In this document: in pieces, positions 38,094-46,892 of the stretch
How positions within the stretch are numbered: the stretch's first letter is position 1
How the letters are laid out: each line of letters starts with the position of its first letter
Assembly: GCA_015903945.1 (NCBI GenBank)
Contig: JABMDL010000007.1
Coordinates: 11,653-75,652 of the forward strand
DNA from: Nitrospira sp.
GTDB lineage: Bacteria > Nitrospirota > Nitrospiria > Nitrospirales > Nitrospiraceae
Length of the DNA stretch: 64,000 nt
Reading direction: 5' to 3'
Position numbers and translations under genes: made by a program
Notes under the pieces: generated by a model
Told to the model about the DNA's origin: nothing
What the model saw: the letters and a program-made list of their open reading frames with translations, nothing else
Databases searched by the model: none

Positions 38094-38725
38094 GCCGAGC
38101 ACCACACCGGCAAGAACGTCCGCACATCGTGAGCCCACGCCGTGGCATCTTCATCGATACTGTCAAGCAGGTCGCCGAGCGCGAGGACCATGGCGTCGGT
38201 CAAGCCGAGGTATTGCTGCGTCCGTTGCCTGAGATCTTCCTCATCGGTTTTGCCCAGCTTGATCGCGCCCCCGATTTGCCGGCGGCCGAAACCATGGTGC
38301 GCTTCTTCCTGCTTGAGCAGGATGCGGCGAAGCGGTCCGAAGGGTGCGGCCCGTTTGACCAACCCCTGCTCAATCCGGGTGAGGATGGCTTCACCCAAAC
38401 CTTCCAGGACGACTTGCTCGGCAAGGAATGTCTCCATCAGATCGCGCCGAGCCAGCGCATCGTCAATAATCCTGCGATACGCTTCCAGGGCAGGAAGGAA
38501 CGGGACATCACAGAGGTGTTTCGGCGCCAGCCAGACAATGGCCCCCTGAAAGACCCGTGCATGCATCGCTTCTTGTTTGGCCTGGCTCAGAAGAAAATGC
38601 CGCGTCCCAGAATCTTCCGCCAAAGCCGCCTGGGCCTTCGCGCAGTCATGGGCCATCCGCTCGCCGTGCTCCAGAAACGTGAGCAACCGGGCCATTGGAA
38701 CCTTCTCGTCAGGACGCACCAGCAT
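38090..38725 (-). CDS. Ferritin-like di-iron four-helix protein
   Basis: E..QEAMH..E..QEEAH ExxH pattern; start MLVRPDE at 38725. Confidence 0.7.
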   Translation of the reverse strand: MLVRPDEKVPMARLLTFLEHGERMAHDCAKAQAALAEDSGTRHFLLSQAKQEAMHARVFQGAIVWLAPKHLCDVPFLPALEAYRRIIDDALARRDLMETFLAEQVVLEGLGEAILTRIEQGLVKRAAPFGPLRRILLKQEEAHHGFGRRQIGGAIKLGKTDEEDLRQRTQQYLGLTDAMVLALGDLLDSIDEDATAWAHDVRTFLPVWCSA

Positions 38726-39509
38726 GGGCAGTCTCCTTTGGTGGAATTCCGTTGAGGCTCCAATCATAGTCGAGAAATTCGACACGATAGCCGGGCTGCG
38801 CCAGTTCCTTCGCCAATACCGGATCATCGACATACCGCGCCACATACGCCAAGATCGATCCAGCCGCAGCGACAAAATCTTCTTCAAACCAGTCAAAGAT
38901 TTTTGAGACTGAAGCAATTCTCTGCTTCCGGTCGAACCGATTCCGCGTGGGATCGTTGATAAAGGCTCTGGCTGCAACATCGAGCTGGCGATCCAGCTGA
39001 TTCGGTTGGTAGGCCCACGGCTGCAGCTTCGGGCACGATGCGGATGCGCAGACGATGGCAAAATGGATCAACGGCTCTTGAAACTGCTTGATCAGGACCT
39101 GCCGCTCGAGGTCATAGAGATTGATGGTGGCCCCGCCGACCCGATAGGTTTGACCGATGAAGTACCGATAACGTCCCACAGAGGTCATCGGCGAATAGTG
39201 ATCGAGAATGCCCTTGATGGAGAACGCATTGTACGCATTGATCCAAAAGGCCAGCCGTTCATTCCGCGTGGCAAAGGTGTTGGGATCAACTCGGTCTAGC
39301 CGAGCCAGATAGGCGTCCACACGCTCGTCTACTTGAATGGCAGGATAGTCGACGACTCCGTCCTTTACATGCGCCTCCAGGACCTTCTCGAACAGCAGAT
39401 GGGAGAACTCCGATGGAGCAATCGGATTGGCCGGCGTGAATCGAGTGGGGACCGTCGAACAGCCCGTCACCACCACCAACATCCCTATCGCACACCACCG
39501 CGTCATCAT
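38709..39509 (-). CDS. DUF547 domain lipoprotein
   Basis: Lipobox VTGC, LAFWINAYNA, IHFAIVCASASCPKL, SKIFDWFEEDF and YDWSLN. Confidence 0.9.
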   Translation of the reverse strand: MMTRWCAIGMLVVVTGCSTVPTRFTPANPIAPSEFSHLLFEKVLEAHVKDGVVDYPAIQVDERVDAYLARLDRVDPNTFATRNERLAFWINAYNAFSIKGILDHYSPMTSVGRYRYFIGQTYRVGGATINLYDLERQVLIKQFQEPLIHFAIVCASASCPKLQPWAYQPNQLDRQLDVAARAFINDPTRNRFDRKQRIASVSKIFDWFEEDFVAAAGSILAYVARYVDDPVLAKELAQPGYRVEFLDYDWSLNGIPPKETAHAGAS

Positions 39510-39519
39510 CCTTCCCTCG

Positions 39520-40578
39520 TTACCATGAGACTGGCGTCCTCCAGGCTTCGATTGGATGGCGCAGCACCGATCCGATCACCCGGCCATCCACTCGGTTGCA
39601 TGAAGACCGATCAGAACAATCCTGGATGCTCTGTCGATCAAAGCGCGCAAGTATTTCACCGAGAGAGCCTTGAAGCAGATTCCCCGAATGAGATAAAGAT
39701 AAACAGGGCGACACATTGCCCGATGCGTCAATGGCGATGCTATACTGCCCTGCATCACACGGCGCGAGCCGTTCTCCCCGCAACCATGACACCGTATCCT
39801 TGGCATACTGCCGAAGATAGCCTGGGGGAATCTCATCGTTCGCCAGCAGTTGTTCAAAGACCATGCTCGCCTGTCGGCGCTCGTACATCAGAGAGGTATC
39901 GTGCTTCCCATAGAGTCCGACATCCCAATGATAAGCGCCGACCACCGGCAAGAGCCCCCTCTTACGGGCGAACCGGACGACATCACCTACGTCATCCCGA
40001 TTGAGCTCGCTCACGATGCAGATCAGAAACTTCGGCGGACGATACCGGTCGAGCAGGTCAAGACCAGCCAGAACTTGCACCAATTGGTCAGCCCCACGAA
40101 TACGCTCATACTTTGTGCGATCCAGCGTGTCGAGGCTGACCGCCAGTGATACCGAAAGAGCCTCGAACCGTTGGACAACATCAGCCGTCAACCTCGTCCC
40201 ATTGGTAATCACGGTCGCGCGAAATCCAATCTGAACCATATCTTCAAGTATGCAAGGCAAATCACGCCGTAACAGCGGTTCACCTCCTTGCACAAACACA
40301 AGGCGCAGCCCATCCTGATAGAGACCACGGAACACCTTCCGGATCTCGTCACGTGTCATCTCGTAGCGACCTTCGTTCAAGGGTAAGTTGCAGTACCCGC
40401 AATCCGAGTTGCACCGCAGATTGGCCTGAAAGATAGCTAATACTGGCCGACGAGTGAGAAGGTTTTTCACCCCGCCGATCACAGCTTGCCCAAGACTCGG
40501 CCTCTGGTCCGTAGAAAGGGCTGCCCTGCCATGTGAGTTGTGCGAGTACTGCCCTGACCGTTCGATCTGAATTAGCAT
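39520..40578 (-). CDS. Radical SAM enzyme with C-terminal SPASM/twitch-like Cys
   Basis: CNSDCGYC, QGGEPLLR, TNG, SLDTL and CDAG..GNVSPC; start at 40578 (GGAG RBS) or GTG at 40638. Confidence 0.9.
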   Translation of the reverse strand: MLIQIERSGQYSHNSHGRAALSTDQRPSLGQAVIGGVKNLLTRRPVLAIFQANLRCNSDCGYCNLPLNEGRYEMTRDEIRKVFRGLYQDGLRLVFVQGGEPLLRRDLPCILEDMVQIGFRATVITNGTRLTADVVQRFEALSVSLAVSLDTLDRTKYERIRGADQLVQVLAGLDLLDRYRPPKFLICIVSELNRDDVGDVVRFARKRGLLPVVGAYHWDVGLYGKHDTSLMYERRQASMVFEQLLANDEIPPGYLRQYAKDTVSWLRGERLAPCDAGQYSIAIDASGNVSPCLSLSHSGNLLQGSLGEILARFDRQSIQDCSDRSSCNRVDGRVIGSVLRHPIEAWRTPVSW

Positions 40579-40721
40579 CAATTGCTCCGCCAGTGGATCA
40601 TCTTGGGCAGAACTGCACACTGTCCGCCAAATTTTCACCCATTGTCAGACTTGTAAATGCCTCAGTCCCTTTCTCAGTCCATAACACATTGATACCTAAG
40701 GACTACCTGACCTGTTAGGTC

Positions 40722-40737
40722 GGGCATATGCCTTGCT
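40722..40737 (+). promoter_or_regulatory. Sigma54 (-24/-12) promoter
   Basis: GG-CATATGCCTT-GC(T), exact GG-N10-GC spacing with TTGC, 48 nt upstream of the 40785 start. Confidence 0.6.
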
Positions 40738-40784
40738 GAACTCTGTTTATTTGGCACAGGTCATTTACACAGAAGGAGGGCGCA

Positions 40785-41183
40785 ATGAACAAGACTCCCC
40801 ATACCTCTTTGACAATCATGATCGCAGCCCTGGCCATGACCATGATGGCCTCCCCTGCGTCAGCTGACAACTCCAAGAAAACCAAGAAATCCGCTTCTCA
40901 TGCCTCTTCCGCCGTTGCAGCCGAAGCAGTCGGCGACGTCCCGGAGGTCGGCTCCGCTCCCATGGCCGGCCATCATGATCAGAAGCCCGGTCCCGCCTGG
41001 AGAACGATCGGCGGAACCGTCAAGCAGATCAAAGGCGATATGTATACCGTCGAAGACTATGAAGGGAACCAGGTTCAACTCTTCGTCGGCCAGGAGACCA
41101 AGAAAATCCGTGGCAACAAGAAGGTTGGCGACACCGTGCGTGCGGAAGTCACGCGGGGTGGCTACGCGAATTCTATCCAGTAA
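40785..41183 (+). CDS. Exported small beta-barrel (OB-fold-like) hypothetical protein
   Basis: Signal peptide ending ASA, AGGAGG RBS and GTVKQIKGDMYTVEDYEG..KKVGDTVRAEV. Confidence 0.75.
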   Translation: MNKTPHTSLTIMIAALAMTMMASPASADNSKKTKKSASHASSAVAAEAVGDVPEVGSAPMAGHHDQKPGPAWRTIGGTVKQIKGDMYTVEDYEGNQVQLFVGQETKKIRGNKKVGDTVRAEVTRGGYANSIQ

Positions 41184-41233
41184 TCTTCTTGATGAGCCCG
41201 CGCTCCCACTCGGTGTTCCACGGAGGTTTCTTC

Positions 41234-41270
41234 GGAGGGCCGGTCCTGCACAGACTGGCCCTCCTTGTTT
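41234..41270 (+). terminator. Rho-independent terminator
   Basis: GGAGGGCCGGTC-N7-GACTGGCCCTCC-TTGTTT. Confidence 0.7.
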
Positions 41271-41282
41271 GTGCAGACAGGG

Positions 41283-42036
41283 CTACGGCGACTTCTTGAG
41301 AAACACGATGTCTCCGTAATAGGCCGTTACCCGTTCCTTTGTATTATCCGTATCAGTCATAATGGCGACTGGCGACCCCGTTGATCAAGGGCGGCTCTTC
41401 GCTGAACGCGCGCTTATAGTCTTCGTAGATGTTGCGGGACTCGTCGGTCCAGATTCCGAGTTTTTGCGGTCCGCTCTCGACGACCACCATTTTGACAAAA
41501 TCCGTATAGGCGTTGTCGATTATCGCGCCCACCGGCGCCTTCCTCTCCCAGACGTAGTTGATTGCGCCGATAGGAATATCTCCGAACAAGACCCGGCCGG
41601 CCTTATATTTGAGTTTTTTCCCCACACTTACCTTGTCCGGATCGTATTCGAACGTGATATAGAGACGGGCCGAATAGTCGTCGCCGTCCTTGCGGGTGAC
41701 ATCGCTGGTCTTGAGCAGATTGTCGACTTTCCATTGCCACCGGACGATAGGAAATTCTTTGGGGTTGATCTTGACCTCTTTGGTCAGCCCGGAGGCGGAC
41801 GCATCGCTGATCGCTTTCACGACGACATGCTCGCCATGTTTCACGAGTTCATACGTCGTCGACTTCGGAATATTTTTGAAGGTCAAAGGCTTCCAGCCTT
41901 GAGGCAGACCAGACCCAGGCTCGTTTGCAGAAAACCTTCCAACCTCGATCACTGTATCCACTTGAGCCCACACCGGCGTAGACCACGATACGGCTCCCAG
42001 TACCAGGAGCACGCGTATCATAAGACTCTTTCTCAT
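41283..42036 (-). pseudogene. DUF3047 domain exported protein, C-terminus frameshifted by a 7-bp duplication
   Basis: WQWKVD, DDYSARLY and INYVW motifs. GTCGCCA is duplicated at 41363-41376. The conserved tail VAIMTDTDNT..AYYGDIVF (stop at 41283) is out of frame. Confidence 0.8.
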
Positions 42037-42037
42037 C

Positions 42038-43612
42038 TTACCGTCTCATCCAGGAAAAGAGTTTCGTGAGCCAGCTCTTCGTTCCCTGTGAGAAGTGGGC
42101 TTTCCGCCAAAGGTTAACAACTTTCCTGTTCACTTCGGCTTGGGTCGGATAGGGATGGATTGTGCCCGCGAGCGTCTTCGCACCGGCGCCGGTTTTCATG
42201 AGCACCGAGAATTCACTAATCATATCACCGGCATGGACCGCCACGATCGTGGCGCCCACGATCGTGTCCGTCCCCTTCTGAACATGAATTCTGGCGAACC
42301 CGTTGTCCTCCCCATCGAGAATCGCACGATCCACTTCGTCGAGCTTATAGGTGTAAGTTTCAACCTCGATGCCCTTTTCCTTCGCGTCCTTCTCATACAG
42401 TCCGACATGCGCGACCTCCGGCTCCGTGAAGGTACACCAGGGCATCGTCAGCGAATCGACGCTGGCATACGCGAGCCCGAAGGGATGCGGAAATAGCGCG
42501 TTCTGGATCACGATTTGCGCCATCGCATCGGCTGCGTGGGTAAACTTGTATCGCGAGCAGATATCGCCGGCCGCGTAAATCTTGGGGTTCGTCGTCTGCA
42601 ATCTGTGATCCACCTTCACTCCGGCCCTGTCATACTCGACCCCGACGGTCTCCAACCCGAGTCCCTCGACATTCGGGGTCCGACCGACGCCGACCAGGAT
42701 CTCGTCGACCGTCACATCGTACTGCCGGCCGTGCGAATCGACCGTGAGTCGCTTGCCGGATTCCGTCTTCTGAACCTTTACATCCTTCCCACAACAGAGC
42801 AGCGTCACGCCATCGCGCAACATCTGCTGCTCGACAATCTCGGCTGCATCGCGATCTTCATTTGGCATGATCCCGTGTTCTGCTTCGACCAGATAGACCT
42901 GACTTCCGAAGCGCGCAAAAGACTGGGCCAGCTCGCAGCCAATGGGGCCAGCACCCATTACGCCGAAACGCCGGGGCAACTCCGTCAGCGAAAAGACCGT
43001 TTCGTTCGTCAAGTAGCCCGCCTCCAGCAACCCAGGAATGGGAGGCACGGAGGCACGCGCACCGCTGCAGATGGCAGCCCGTGCGAAGGTCAGCGTTCGA
43101 TTGCCAGCCGGTCCTTCGACTTGGATCGTGTCAGACCCGGTAAACCGCCCGCTGCCGATGTAGACGTCCACCCCCAAGTTCTTATACCGATGTGCCGAGT
43201 CGTTGTGGCTGATGCGCGCACGCAATTGTCTCATCCGTGCCATCACGGCCCCGAAATCGTACTTCACCCCGGCAGGAATATGCAGGCCGAATTCTGAAGA
43301 TCTTCGGAGATCGGCCCACGCCCGCGCGGCGCGAATGATACCTTTTGACGGAACACACCCGACATTCAAACAGTCGCCGCCCATGAGATGTTTTTCGATC
43401 AACGCCACCTTGGCCCCCAGACTCGCGGCAATGACCGCCGTAATCAGGCCGGCAGTCCCGGCCCCGATGACGACAATATTGTAGCGGCCGGTTGGTTCAG
43501 GATTGACCCAGTCAGCTGGATGCACATTGGCGACCAATTGCTGGTTATGCTCGTCGTTGGGGAGGATCATCGGCTCGTCGTAGCGGTTCATTCCCGTTGT
43601 CCTCTCCGTCAT
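42038..43612 (-). CDS. Pyridine nucleotide-disulfide oxidoreductase (MerA/LpdA-like, no C-terminal Cys-Cys)
   Basis: VIGAGTAG, GGDCLNVGCVPSK, GAGPIGCE, AAGD and IHPYPT; TGATG coupling to the DedA gene. Confidence 0.88.
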   Translation of the reverse strand: MTERTTGMNRYDEPMILPNDEHNQQLVANVHPADWVNPEPTGRYNIVVIGAGTAGLITAVIAASLGAKVALIEKHLMGGDCLNVGCVPSKGIIRAARAWADLRRSSEFGLHIPAGVKYDFGAVMARMRQLRARISHNDSAHRYKNLGVDVYIGSGRFTGSDTIQVEGPAGNRTLTFARAAICSGARASVPPIPGLLEAGYLTNETVFSLTELPRRFGVMGAGPIGCELAQSFARFGSQVYLVEAEHGIMPNEDRDAAEIVEQQMLRDGVTLLCCGKDVKVQKTESGKRLTVDSHGRQYDVTVDEILVGVGRTPNVEGLGLETVGVEYDRAGVKVDHRLQTTNPKIYAAGDICSRYKFTHAADAMAQIVIQNALFPHPFGLAYASVDSLTMPWCTFTEPEVAHVGLYEKDAKEKGIEVETYTYKLDEVDRAILDGEDNGFARIHVQKGTDTIVGATIVAVHAGDMISEFSVLMKTGAGAKTLAGTIHPYPTQAEVNRKVVNLWRKAHFSQGTKSWLTKLFSWMRR

Positions 43613-44349
43613 CACGCCGGCTTTGCCGTGAACTTCTTGTAGACGATGGGAATCAGGGCGAACAGTCCCAACAACACAAAGGCCCCGATCACGTTGGGCG
43701 ACGCAATCTCTTTCAACGTATTGATAGATCCAAGTTGGCGCCCGGCATAGGCATACACGAAGGATCCCGGAATAATCCCAATCGCCGTGGCCCCCGCATA
43801 GGTTCCCACACTGACGCGCGTAAGCCCGGAGACGAGATTGACCACAAAGAACGGGAAGAGTGGGATTAATCTCAGGGTCAGCAAGTAGCTGAATGCATTC
43901 CTGGTGAAGCCCTCCTGCACCGGCCCGATCCACTTGCCGAACTTCTGTTCGACCCAATCGCGCAGCAGATACCGCGCGGCCAGAAATGCCAGCGTGGCAC
44001 CGGTGGTCGCACCCAGATTCACAAAAAGCGTGCCGAAGATCCCGCCGAACAGGAATCCTCCTGCTAGAGTGAGGATCACTGCCCCCGGAAGCGACAAGCC
44101 GGTGACGATGATATAAACCAGGATGAACAGCCCCACGGATGCTGCATAATTTGTCTCGGTAAACGCCAGTAATTGGTCACGATTCTGCTTCAAGGTGTCC
44201 AGCGCAAGATACTGCCCGAGATTGAAGTACAGAAACGCGGCGATGGCGCCAGCGATCGCCGCTGCAATCACGATCTTTCCGATGCTCGATCTGTCTTCCC
44301 GCGCAGATGCCGACGTGTTATTTCCCATAGTAACCTGTTGGCCTATCAT
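43612..44349 (-). CDS. TVP38/TMEM64 (DedA/VTT) family membrane protein
   Basis: LSLPGAVILTLAGGFLFG, GATLAFLAARY and LRLIPLFPF; GGAGG RBS before 44349. Confidence 0.9.
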   Translation of the reverse strand: MIGQQVTMGNNTSASAREDRSSIGKIVIAAAIAGAIAAFLYFNLGQYLALDTLKQNRDQLLAFTETNYAASVGLFILVYIIVTGLSLPGAVILTLAGGFLFGGIFGTLFVNLGATTGATLAFLAARYLLRDWVEQKFGKWIGPVQEGFTRNAFSYLLTLRLIPLFPFFVVNLVSGLTRVSVGTYAGATAIGIIPGSFVYAYAGRQLGSINTLKEIASPNVIGAFVLLGLFALIPIVYKKFTAKPA

Positions 44350-44591
44350 GGTGCCTCCATCCATAGCTGTCAATGCCACGGCCTCGATCTATGGGTTTGG
44401 TCGCTCGGCATCTGACAATCTTACAGACCTCGTGCCTAAGTCCTACGACGCATGCACCACTGCCCTTCTACGCATTAGGAAAGAACACATTGGAGAGGAA
44501 AACACACACAGGAGATGGAAGTCCGAAGGTGCCCGCAGTTGCGCTTCGGACAGGCTTGGCACGCTGCGTAGAAGGAGTAGGAAGATCCGCC

Positions 44592-44816
44592 CTACGGCCT
44601 GAATGCAGATGCAGCCCCGCTGAGGACCTCGTTGACCTCCTGTGACCAGGCGCGCTGCGATTGACATGCTTTCGAAGACAGGCTGTTCTTCTGAGTCCTG
44701 TCCTGTCGAGACGAACAGGCTTCTTCTTGAACTGCGGCCTGTCTATCGGTTACTGACAGTTCTGGGCCGGCACACCCAAAACCAGCCGCTAGGAGCATGA
44801 AGATGATGACCGTCAT
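44592..44816 (-). CDS. Small putative lipoprotein
   Basis: Hydrophobic leader with GFGC lipobox-like site and GGAG RBS; no family recognised. Confidence 0.4.
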   Translation of the reverse strand: MTVIIFMLLAAGFGCAGPELSVTDRQAAVQEEACSSRQDRTQKNSLSSKACQSQRAWSQEVNEVLSGAASAFRP

Positions 44817-44932
44817 GGAAGACTCCTGAAAGAAGGACATGGTTGCCCGAATCATTTCAACCACCGCTCTCTTCGGTCATTTCTTCGGAGAGCTATACCG
44901 TCCCGAACGGATGAATCACCCTTATCCCAATG

Positions 44933-45487
44933 TCAATTGGGTAAATCGCGATCGATATGGAGACGGCTCACTGCGCGTTCGAATGGATCGATCACTCCAT
45001 CGCTGTTTCGATCAAGTTCTAGAAAATGGTCATGAAGAAGTTCCCCGGCCCGAGGGCGGAGTACGCGTCCCGTTCCACGATCTTGTCCGGGATTGTACCG
45101 CTGAGACTGTTCAAGTAGTCCATAGTGGGCGCGGCCCATGTCGATCTTGGGTCGAGGGTCCATGGGAGCCGCCGTGACTGCAGACAGTGCCCTACCCTTT
45201 AGCCTTTTAGAGCCGGCGGTTTTCGCAGACATTTTCTTGGTTGGCGATGACTGATCCACTTTTATTTCCGCCCCCGTGCCCGACACGGATTTCGATGCCT
45301 TCTTTCTCGTCTGTTTGTGCCCGATAGGAGGACGGAGCTTCTCCGACACAGACGGCTGAATTTTTTGCGATTTTGCCCCGGGCGTCGATTGAGAAACAGA
45401 GGCTGCCCCAGACAACTCTGCACATTCGGCACCTAATAACGCCGTCAGGACACCTACCAGCACTATTCTACAGAGGACTAAATACAC
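44933..45487 (-). CDS. Exported Lys/Ser-rich protein with C-terminal EF-hand-like loop
   Basis: Probable GTG start with AAGGA RBS, hydrophobic leader and FLELDRNSDGVIDPFE (DxNxDGxIxxxE). Confidence 0.6.
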   Translation of the reverse strand: MYLVLCRIVLVGVLTALLGAECAELSGAASVSQSTPGAKSQKIQPSVSEKLRPPIGHKQTRKKASKSVSGTGAEIKVDQSSPTKKMSAKTAGSKRLKGRALSAVTAAPMDPRPKIDMGRAHYGLLEQSQRYNPGQDRGTGRVLRPRAGELLHDHFLELDRNSDGVIDPFERAVSRLHIDRDLPN

Positions 45488-45658
45488 TGCTATCAATTCC
45501 TTATTTTTTGCCGAGCAAGGGACGTTACAAGTGTAGCAGGCCGCCGCACGCTGTATCATATTGATTTTACATGGCTCCTTAAGGTTGTCAGACGCCGATG
45601 CAGAGGATGACTTAAGTTGTTGTTGCCAAGACTACCTCAGCTGCCGTAGTCTGCCCAC

Positions 45659-46315
45659 ATGGAGGCCACAATGGAGGAGATGAGCAGACTGACAAGAACG
45701 AAGGAGCAGTGGGCAAAAGCGCGACGAGGAGGAGAAGAACGCGAAGTGTTTTATGAGGGCGATGACCGACTCCCTCCAGGGCAGCACCTCGTCGAGAATT
45801 TCCCGGTTCTGGATCTAGGGTTCAAGCCGGAGATCTCTTTGAGCGAATGGCAGCTTACCGTCGGTGGATTCGTCACCACCCCCGTAGTCTGGACCTGGGA
45901 ACAATTTCTTGACCAACCCCAATTCAGAGATCGGTCCGATTTTCACTGCGTGACGACCTGGAGCCGTTACGATAACGACTGGGAAGGGATCAGCTTCAAG
46001 CACCTCATTTCCGTCGTACAACCGCTGTCGCTCGCTAAGTTTGTCCTCTTTAGGTCCTACGACGACTACACGACGAATTTGCCGCTTGATGCTTGCAATG
46101 ATGACGATGTCCTGCTCGCCCACAGCTGGAATGGTAAACCCCTCACGCGGGACCACGGCGGACCGGTGCGTGTCATCGTGCCAAAACGCTATGCCTGGAA
46201 GGGCGCCAAGTGGGTCAAAGAAATAACATTCGGCGACCGAGATGAAAAAGGGTTCTGGGAGGTGCGCGGATATTCCAACACGGCCTTGCCCTGGGAAAAC
46301 GATCGGTATGGGTGA
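45659..46315 (+). CDS. Molybdopterin-dependent oxidoreductase (sulfite oxidase/MsrP-like, cytoplasmic)
   Basis: LPPGQ, DFHCVTTWS, HGGPVRVIVPKRYAWKGAKW and GFWEVRGY; alternative start at 45671. Confidence 0.85.
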   Translation: MEATMEEMSRLTRTKEQWAKARRGGEEREVFYEGDDRLPPGQHLVENFPVLDLGFKPEISLSEWQLTVGGFVTTPVVWTWEQFLDQPQFRDRSDFHCVTTWSRYDNDWEGISFKHLISVVQPLSLAKFVLFRSYDDYTTNLPLDACNDDDVLLAHSWNGKPLTRDHGGPVRVIVPKRYAWKGAKWVKEITFGDRDEKGFWEVRGYSNTALPWENDRYG

Positions 46316-46320
46316 GGCTG

Positions 46321-46656
46321 CTATTTCTTGATCCAGCCGCTGGGACCTTCGACGAGATTGCCGGGTCTGGTTTTTTCGATCGCTTTTTCCCCTGCCAAGG
46401 TCTCAACCATGCTCAGGCTTGTCCCATCGCGGCGAGCGATCTCCTGGTAGGCCTGGCGCCGCTTCTGATTGATGTCACTCGCAAGGCCCTGAACCTCGGC
46501 ATTTCCTGCCGCCACAACGCCCAAGTAGCCATTGGACTTCTCACCGACCAGTCCCTTTGCCTTCGCCTCTTCAAGGGTCAGTGCGAGCAGCGGCTGCACA
46601 CCGGCCAAGATTCCCAGGACCGCACTGAGCGCCATCGCTTTCCTCCACATCACCAT
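46321..46656 (-). CDS. ydbL: YdbL (DUF1318) family periplasmic protein
   Basis: LEEAKAKGLVGEKSNGYLG and INQKRRQAY. Confidence 0.9.
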   Translation of the reverse strand: MVMWRKAMALSAVLGILAGVQPLLALTLEEAKAKGLVGEKSNGYLGVVAAGNAEVQGLASDINQKRRQAYQEIARRDGTSLSMVETLAGEKAIEKTRPGNLVEGPSGWIKK

Positions 46657-46667
46657 TTCACATCCTC

Positions 46668-46892
46668 CTAGAATAAGCCGCTGTCATCTGAAAGTACTTT
46701 ATCCAGCTCTTTATCAACCTTAACCCTGATTTCGTGGTCAATTTTTACGTTCAGGTTGATCGTAATCGGCTTATCCGGCGCCGCGACTTCAACTCGTGGC
46801 GTGCAGGCTCCAAGAGCGACCACGATTCCTACTCCTGCCATGCCTACCCAGAGGCCCCACACTCTCTTGCTCTGCGTCATTGATACCCTCAC
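46668..46892 (-). CDS. ynbE: YnbE family lipoprotein
   Basis: LGACTPRVEVAAPDKPITINLNVKIDHEI. Confidence 0.92.
   Translation of the reverse strand: MRVSMTQSKRVWGLWVGMAGVGIVVALGACTPRVEVAAPDKPITINLNVKIDHEIRVKVDKELDKVLSDDSGLF

Noticed and set aside
39520-40638. Selenocysteine (UGA) readthrough in the rSAM/selenodomain-like cluster
   Set aside because: I saw no in-frame TGA at a catalytic Cys position and no obvious downstream continuation in these ORFs.
42038-43612. Mercuric reductase (merA) call
   Set aside because: It lacks the C-terminal Cys-Cys pair and an N-terminal metal-binding domain, and no mer genes are nearby.
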